A stretch of 64,000 nt of DNA from Bacteroidales bacterium UBA2861 (GTDB taxonomy: Bacteria; Bacteroidota; Bacteroidia; Bacteroidales; UBA932): NCBI GenBank assembly GCA_002350615.1, contig DEFD01000027.1, forward strand, positions 26,400-90,399. Direction: 5' to 3'. The position numbers and the translations under genes are program-made. Below the pieces are notes generated by a model. That model was given only the letters and a program-made list of their open reading frames with translations. It did not search any database and had not been told where the DNA came from. Shown here piece by piece: positions 58,018 to 64,000 of the stretch (its first letter is position 1; the number at the start of each line of letters is the position of its first letter).

Positions 58018-60960
58018 CTACCTAGGTCCTCTGCCGGGGCCGCCCGGACCGCCGTAACCGCCGCGCATCTTGCTGCGGTCGAAGGTTCCGAAACGATAGG
58101 TCAGTGAAGCGATGATATAGCGGCCGAGCGTATTGTTGACGGTTTCAAGATGGTAGTTGGACGCATCCGTCACCGTGTAGTTCTTTGCCTGGTCAAATAT
58201 GTCGTACCACTTGACGGACAGGGTGAACTTCTTCTTGAAGAGGGTCTTCTGGATTTCAGCGTCCACGACGACCTCGGAAGGCTGATCCGTGGAATAGCCC
58301 TCATACCAGTTGTAATTGCCTTCGCCCTTGAAAGTTATGCCGGGACGTTCCCAGGTCCATATGATGCCGCCGCGGACCTGGTTGTTCCAGGTGGTGGTGC
58401 GCGAGGCAGTTTTGCTGATGCTGTACCAGGAACGGTTCACGCGGGTGCGGCCCTGAAGGTTGAGCTCGAGGGCGTCGTTGCGATAGGTAAGGCGGAGCCT
58501 CTCCATACCGGAAAGGTTTTCGATGGTGTTCGTCACGAAGTGCTCCTTGAAGTAGTCCTCATCCGCAAAATTCCTGGCGATCTCGTACATGAAGGCGCTG
58601 TAATCACCGCTGTCGTAGGTTGTCATGTCGATGTTGGAGCCTATGTAGGAGGAGGATTTGCTCCAGTTTATACGCGTAAAGTTCGAAAGGGTGAACTTGC
58701 GCGACCTGCCCAGCGGTATGTTCGCGAAACCGTTCAGGCCCGCATTCGCCGCATCCGGACCGTTGAAGGGCATGGAATACTGTGCGCCGTTGCTGTACCA
58801 GCTTGCATTCACGATGGGGCTCTGGGTATATTCCCCGTTGAAGCGGATATTGAAAGATGCGAAAGTCTTTTTGTTGTTGTAACGGACGTCTCCGCGCAGA
58901 TAATGACCGAAATAGGGTTTCAGCCGCAGATTACCGAAACTCACGTTGAGAGGGTCGGTATTATCCGGCACAGGCATGAGTTTGGAGGTGGAGGGCTGGT
59001 TGGAAGACCCGCGGTAGAAAAGCCGTGCGTTCGCGTTTTCGCTGAACTCCCACCAGGCCATCAGGCGGGGAGAAAAACGCCACTGGAAATTGTCGTAGGT
59101 CACATCAACCAGGTCCTGTACCGAAGAATTGTACCTGCGGGTATAGTTGTGCGTCTTCGTGGGCATGGCCGAGAAGCCCGCCTGGGCGCGGGATTTCCCC
59201 TTCTGGTACATGAAATTGAAACCGATCTCCTGACTGGTGCTCTCGTTGACCACCTTGTTGGAATAAACGGAATCAGCCTTGTTCAGGATATTGTCCCAGG
59301 TATCTTTGTCCGACTCGGACTTGTTCCAGCTGACGCGGTAATTCGCCTCCACATAGAAGTTGCCGCCGAGCGGTTCGGTGTATGTCGCCCTGGCGAAGAG
59401 GGATGTGTTGTCGGACACCTGTCCGATGGTCTGGTTAACCCTTTCCAGATCTTCCCATCCCGAATCGCCGTTCACCATTATATTGGATATATTCCTGCTG
59501 TCCAGTTCGTTATGGCTGAAGCTGTAGCGTCCCATCAGGGTGAAGGTGCGCCCGGGAATGCCCAGCCGCTGGCGGAAGAGGCCGAAACCGCTGGCAGTGA
59601 CATTCCTGTTGTCTCCCCAATTGTGGCTTTCCCCCCTGTTGGTGGAATCCGGAGCGGCTCCGTCCAGGCTGTCCGTGAGGGTATGGTATCTGCTGCTCTG
59701 GTTGAAACTGCCTCCGCCCCAGTTTATACGGGGTTCGAAGAGCACGGAGGTGTTGTCGGAGAATTTATGGTCCATCCGGATGCCGATGCGGTGTCCGTCG
59801 GTACGGGTGCTGCTTGCACCCTCGGAATGGTAAAGAAGATTTCTGTCGTCAAGATATGTGCGCTTGTCCTGTGTCTCGGTCACATCCTTGTCCGTATTGT
59901 TGTAGAGATAGTTGCCGTTAAGCTCCATCTTGTCGTCGAAAAGCGTCCAGCTGCCATTGGCTCCCGCCATCCAGGATGTGGTGATGCCGTTTCCGCTTCC
60001 CCAGCCGCCCTGGCCGCCGCCCATGCCGCCCTGCCCGCCTCGCATATTGCCCATCATGCTGCCGGAAAGGTCGTTGAAACCGCGGTTGTTGGTGTTGTTG
60101 CCGTTCAGGATGACGCTCAGCTGCTGCTTGTCGGTGAATTTTCCCACAAAAGCAGCCCCCTGCCAGCGCCAGTCGTCGGGGGCTCCGGCGGCTTTCTTGT
60201 CGGCCGAAGGCAGGTCGTGTCCAGCTCCGCCCATGACGTTCCCGAAAGCTCCTTTCATCATCCCGGGCTTGATGGAGATGTCTATCACTTTCTCCTCCTC
60301 GCCGTCGTCGATGCCGGTGAATTCCGCCTGTTCGCTTTTCTTGTTGATCACCTTGAGCTTGTTGATGATCTTGGCAGGGATATTCTTGGATGCGAGCTGG
60401 GGATCGTCCAGGAAGAAGGTCTTTCCGTCTATGGTTATCTTGCTGATTGTCTCGCCGTTGACGCTGATGCTGCCGTCTTCGCCCACCTCGACTCCGGGAA
60501 GCTTTTTAAGCAGGTCCTCAAGCACGTCGTTGTCCACTGTCTTGAAGGAGGACGCATTGTATTCTATGGTATCCTTCTTCACCAGGATCGCGTTGCCCGC
60601 CGCGGACACGCTCGCAGCATCCAGCATCTGCGTATCCGGGTCCATCTTTAGTTCGCCCAGATCCAGGTCCGCCTTGACGCTGATGTTTTTTTCCAGATTC
60701 TTGTATCCGAGCAACTCGATTTTGAGCACATATTCCCCGTTGCGCACGTTTTCCAGACGCACTGCGCCGGATTCGCTGCTGAGGGCGTAATTGGAGACTT
60801 TCTTCGCACCGGGATGCGTAAGGGAAACCGTGGCGAACCCCACGGCTTCGCCCGTATAAGAATCTGTAAGTTTGGCACTTACAATATGCTGGGCATAAAG
60901 ACTGCCGCATGCGAGCAGGGCCGATACCAGCACGGTGACACTTCTAAGGAGCACTTTCAT
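58018..60960 (-). CDS. Outer-membrane beta-barrel protein with carboxypeptidase-regulatory-like and plug domains
   Basis: Signal peptide, KKDTIEYNASSFK...LEDLLKKLPGVEV, GIDDGEEE, C-terminal LTYRFG. Confidence 0.85.
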   Translation of the reverse strand: MKVLLRSVTVLVSALLACGSLYAQHIVSAKLTDSYTGEAVGFATVSLTHPGAKKVSNYALSSESGAVRLENVRNGEYVLKIELLGYKNLEKNISVKADLDLGELKMDPDTQMLDAASVSAAGNAILVKKDTIEYNASSFKTVDNDVLEDLLKKLPGVEVGEDGSISVNGETISKITIDGKTFFLDDPQLASKNIPAKIINKLKVINKKSEQAEFTGIDDGEEEKVIDISIKPGMMKGAFGNVMGGAGHDLPSADKKAAGAPDDWRWQGAAFVGKFTDKQQLSVILNGNNTNNRGFNDLSGSMMGNMRGGQGGMGGGQGGWGSGNGITTSWMAGANGSWTLFDDKMELNGNYLYNNTDKDVTETQDKRTYLDDRNLLYHSEGASSTRTDGHRIGIRMDHKFSDNTSVLFEPRINWGGGSFNQSSRYHTLTDSLDGAAPDSTNRGESHNWGDNRNVTASGFGLFRQRLGIPGRTFTLMGRYSFSHNELDSRNISNIMVNGDSGWEDLERVNQTIGQVSDNTSLFARATYTEPLGGNFYVEANYRVSWNKSESDKDTWDNILNKADSVYSNKVVNESTSQEIGFNFMYQKGKSRAQAGFSAMPTKTHNYTRRYNSSVQDLVDVTYDNFQWRFSPRLMAWWEFSENANARLFYRGSSNQPSTSKLMPVPDNTDPLNVSFGNLRLKPYFGHYLRGDVRYNNKKTFASFNIRFNGEYTQSPIVNASWYSNGAQYSMPFNGPDAANAGLNGFANIPLGRSRKFTLSNFTRINWSKSSSYIGSNIDMTTYDSGDYSAFMYEIARNFADEDYFKEHFVTNTIENLSGMERLRLTYRNDALELNLQGRTRVNRSWYSISKTASRTTTWNNQVRGGIIWTWERPGITFKGEGNYNWYEGYSTDQPSEVVVDAEIQKTLFKKKFTLSVKWYDIFDQAKNYTVTDASNYHLETVNNTLGRYIIASLTYRFGTFDRSKMRGGYGGPGGPGRGPR

Positions 60961-61008
60961 AACTAACTAAAGACGTTTTTATATACGGAAGGTTTAATCC
61001 CCGCCTTC

Positions 61009-61569
61009 TTATTTTCTGATCCTGTCGGGGTTGGCCGCTACGAACTTCTCCCAGGAAGTCGCCGCCGAAGTGCTCGTGAGCGGGCTTGTAAGCTGATAAT
61101 AATGGCACATGGCAAGCGCCAGTGCGTCGGTGGCATCCAGATATTTGCTGCGGATATCTATGCCGAGGGTTTTCTCCACCATCAGGGCCACCTGTTCCTT
61201 GGCGGCGGCGCCGTTGCCGCATATCGCCATCTTGGCCTTTCGGGGAGCGTATTCATAAACCTTTGCGCCGTGCATGAGGGCAGCCACCATGGCACTCCCC
61301 TGCGCCCTTCCGAGTTTGAAAATCACCTGAGCGTTCTTGCCGTAGAAAGGCGATTCTATCGCGAGGTCGTCGGGATTGTACTGTGTGCAGAGCGCCCCGA
61401 CTTTTTCATGGATGCACTGCAGCTTGGTGTAGGGATCGGAGATTTTTCGAAGATCCAGCACGCCCATGTCCACGAAATGAGGCTTGCCGGACGCATCTAC
61501 ACGGATGACCCCGAAACCAAGGAGATTGGTTCCGGGATCGATTCCGAGTATGGTACGTGACTCAGTCAA
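61009..61569 (-). CDS. ruvC: Holliday junction resolvase
   Basis: ILGIDPG, AIESPF, KLGRAQG, DATDALALA. Confidence 0.95.
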   Translation of the reverse strand: MTESRTILGIDPGTNLLGFGVIRVDASGKPHFVDMGVLDLRKISDPYTKLQCIHEKVGALCTQYNPDDLAIESPFYGKNAQVIFKLGRAQGSAMVAALMHGAKVYEYAPRKAKMAICGNGAAAKEQVALMVEKTLGIDIRSKYLDATDALALAMCHYYQLTSPLTSTSAATSWEKFVAANPDRIRK

Positions 61570-62836
61570 TCTTGTCGAAGCCTGTGTACGGACGCAGGAC
61601 CTCGGGGATGATTATTCCATCCTCAGTCTGGTTGTCTTCCAGGAGGGCGGCCACCACGCGGGGCAGTGCCAGGGAAGAACCGTTGAGAGTGTGGGCGAGC
61701 TGCAGCTTGCCGTTTTCGTCGCGGTAGCGGCAATGGAGCCTGTTGGCCTGATAGGTTTCGAAGTTGGATACGGAAGAAATCTCGAGCCAGCGGCCCTGGG
61801 CGGCGCTCCAGAGTTCGAAGTCGTAAGTGATCGCGGAAGTGAAGGACATGTCGCCGCCGCAAAGACGGAGTATCCTGTACTTGAGACCGAGAGCGTTCAC
61901 GAGGCTCTCCACATGGGCGATCATCTCGTCAAGCGCGGCATAGGAATTCTCAGGCTTCTCGATGCGGACGATCTCCACCTTGTCGAACTGATGCAGGCGG
62001 TTGAGTCCACGTACGTCCTTGCCATAGGAACCGGCCTCGCGGCGGAAGCACGGAGTATAGGCGGTAAGTTTCTGCGGAAGCTGGGAATTCTCAAGGATGA
62101 CGTCCCTGAAGATATTGGTCACAGGCACCTCTGCCGTGGGGACGAGATAGAAATCGTCCAGACCGACATAATACATCTGGGCTTCCTTGTCGGGAAGCTG
62201 GCCGGTACCGAATCCGGAAGCCGCGTTCACGACTACGGGAGGTTCTGTTTCCTGATATCCGGCCGCGGTGTTGCGGTCCAGGAAGAAATTGATGAGGGCC
62301 CTCTGAAGACGGGCGCCTTTGCCTTTGTAAACAGGGAATCCGGCACCGGTGATCTTCACGCCGAGATCGAAGTCGATGATGTCGTACTTCTTGGCGAGTT
62401 CCCAGTGCGGAAGGGCTCCCTTGGGAAGCTTGACCTCTTCGGGTCCGCCCATCTTCACCACGATATTGTCTTCGGCACCTTTTCCGGGAGGCACGAGCTT
62501 ATAGGGGGTATTGGGAAGCAGGACCAGTTGGGCTTCCAGGTCCTTTGCAGCCTGCTCTCCCTTTGCGAGAAGCTCGCTGCTGCGGGTCTTGAGTGCCGCC
62601 ACTTCGGCTTTAGCAGCCTCTGCTGCGTCCTTGAGTCCCTGTTTCATGAGCGCGCCGATTTCGGCCGCCTTCTTTTTCTGCTCTGCGAGCAGGGCGTCGC
62701 TTTCCTGCTGGAAGCTGCGGCGCATGGCGTCAAGTTCAAGGACCTTGTCCACTATGGGCTTGGCGTCGAAATTCTTGATTTTGAGTTTCGCGACTATCTC
62801 CTCGGGATTGTCGCGGAGCGCTTTGAGTGTAATCAT
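61562..62836 (-). CDS. serS: Serine--tRNA ligase
   Basis: PTAEVP, CFRREAGS, RLHQFDKVE, EISSVSN, HTLNGS. Confidence 0.97.
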   Translation of the reverse strand: MITLKALRDNPEEIVAKLKIKNFDAKPIVDKVLELDAMRRSFQQESDALLAEQKKKAAEIGALMKQGLKDAAEAAKAEVAALKTRSSELLAKGEQAAKDLEAQLVLLPNTPYKLVPPGKGAEDNIVVKMGGPEEVKLPKGALPHWELAKKYDIIDFDLGVKITGAGFPVYKGKGARLQRALINFFLDRNTAAGYQETEPPVVVNAASGFGTGQLPDKEAQMYYVGLDDFYLVPTAEVPVTNIFRDVILENSQLPQKLTAYTPCFRREAGSYGKDVRGLNRLHQFDKVEIVRIEKPENSYAALDEMIAHVESLVNALGLKYRILRLCGGDMSFTSAITYDFELWSAAQGRWLEISSVSNFETYQANRLHCRYRDENGKLQLAHTLNGSSLALPRVVAALLEDNQTEDGIIIPEVLRPYTGFDKID

Positions 62837-62912
62837 AAAGCAAATATACTAAAAAAAAGCCTACACTCGTCTCGAAGTGCAGGCCTTTAACCTATTCATA
62901 ACCCCTTCGAGA

Positions 62913-63173
62913 TTAGTTCTCAAAAGGAACGACGGAGACATAGGATTTGTCTTCCCTCTTGCGGGTGAACTTCACTGTACCGTCCACGAGAGCATAAAGG
63001 GTGTGATCCTTGCCCATTCCAACGTTCTTGTCGGGATTGTGCACTGTACCCCTCTGGCGTACGATGATGTTGCCGGCCTTAACGACTTCGCCGCCGAACT
63101 TCTTGAGGCCGAGACGCTTGCTGTGCGACTCACGGCCGTTCTTGGAACTTGATTGACCTTTCTTGTGTGCCAT
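62913..63173 (-). CDS. rpmA: 50S ribosomal protein L27
   Basis: [24 protein letters not shown]. Confidence 0.98.
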   Translation of the reverse strand: MAHKKGQSSSKNGRESHSKRLGLKKFGGEVVKAGNIIVRQRGTVHNPDKNVGMGKDHTLYALVDGTVKFTRKREDKSYVSVVPFEN

Positions 63174-63178
63174 AATGC

Positions 63179-63490
63179 TTAAGCGATTTCGTTAATACGG
63201 ATTTTTGTAAGTTTCTGACGGTGACCATTGAGTTTCTGGAAGCCCTTGCGACGGATCTTCTTGAACACGAGCACCTTGTCAGCTTTTGCATCATCATCGA
63301 GCACGGTGGCCTTCACCACAGCGCCCTTTACGTAAGGAGCACCGACTTTGACCTTTCCTTCATTCTCGAGAAGAAGGACGGAGTCAAACTCTACATTTTC
63401 ATCTTTGGCCTGGGGCAGCCTCTGCACGAAAATCTCTTTTCCTGCCTCTACCTTGAACTGCTGGCCTGCAATTTCTACGATTGCGTACAT
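63179..63490 (-). CDS. rplU: 50S ribosomal protein L21
   Basis: [18 protein letters not shown]. Confidence 0.98.
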   Translation of the reverse strand: MYAIVEIAGQQFKVEAGKEIFVQRLPQAKDENVEFDSVLLLENEGKVKVGAPYVKGAVVKATVLDDDAKADKVLVFKKIRRKGFQKLNGHRQKLTKIRINEIA

Positions 63491-63667
63491 CTTAAAAAAC
63501 TTTTACAAGTTTTGACCTCAGGCGGATGTCCTTTGCGGCATCTCTTGACGAGCCCGAACGGCCTTCAATAATTTTTAGCCCGCAAAAGTAGCAATTATTT
63601 TGGGAATAACAACACTATTTCGGACATTATTTCTTATGTTTGTAAGGAAAACAAAACTGTTACCCGA

Positions 63668-64000
63668 ATGGAGGGGCCTTTCCAATACTGCAAAGTCGAA
63701 ACGGGACGCAATTTCGTCGGCCGGAAGAAGGAGTTGGGGATATTGTCCAACCTGCTGGCGGCCGATGAGAACGTGTGCCTGTACGACGGGCCCAAGACCG
63801 GAAAGACTTCCCTTTTGCACCAGTGTTTCGTGTCCATGAGGCTCTCCGGCCGGGATTTCCAGGCCGCAGAACTCAGTTTTCTGGGAGCGAGGGACAGCGA
63901 ATCGATACTGAGGCGTCTGGCGAGCGCGGTCCTGAGGCTCGGCGCCACCACCCCTCAGGAACTTGCCGGCGCCGTAAGGCAGTATCTTCCGGGAAGTTGC
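63668..64000 (+). CDS. AAA-family (ATPase_2-like) ATP-binding protein, 5' portion
   Basis: Manual translation MEGPFQYCKVETGRNFVGRKKEL...LYDGPKTGKTSL (FVGR..E plus Walker-A-like); runs off the window. Confidence 0.7.
   Translation, partial: MEGPFQYCKVETGRNFVGRKKELGILSNLLAADENVCLYDGPKTGKTSLLHQCFVSMRLSGRDFQAAELSFLGARDSESILRRLASAVLRLGATTPQELAGAVRQYLPGSC

Noticed and set aside
58150-60651. 833-aa plus-strand ORF and similar long antisense ORFs (e.g. 50129-51793, 61484-62890, 31151-32311)
   Set aside because: Shadow frames of GC3-rich genes on the opposite strand, with no recognisable motifs.
63500-63570. Possible structured rplU leader
   Set aside because: Some pairing potential, but single copy and cannot be supported without comparative data.

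Overview
A 64-kb chromosomal window from a Bacteroidota (Bacteroidales-like, probably gut/rumen) bacterium. The assignment rests on gene content (DUF4290, SusC fragment, lipoprotein signals) and many TAnnTTTG -7 promoter boxes. The backbone is housekeeping: ftsK, lolA-like, AddB/AddA-like nuclease-helicase, alr, dtd, rng, bS22, HU, lon, ung, coaD, M16 peptidase, buk-fabH-fabK-fabF, lnt, rluD, ruvC, serS, rpmA, rplU. It is interrupted by AT-richer accessory patches at about 11.4-13.6 kb and 21.0-28.4 kb, a RAYT transposase at 33.7-34.5 kb, and a surface-lipoprotein block at 44.6-49.6 kb. The most notable unannotated signals are: (1) a ~240-nt non-coding element present twice (11510-11750, 28109-28352) whose base-pairing, including two complementary hairpin loops, is conserved by covariation while primary sequence is not; (2) three successive copies of the dtd 3' end delimiting decayed toxin-antitoxin cassettes with no integrase; (3) several families of REP-like hairpins bounding accessory genes, one sitting exactly at the breakpoint of a truncated susC; (4) a 55-aa YxxP...LCxS peptide coupled to a large surface lipoprotein. 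All calls are by eye; no database search was run.
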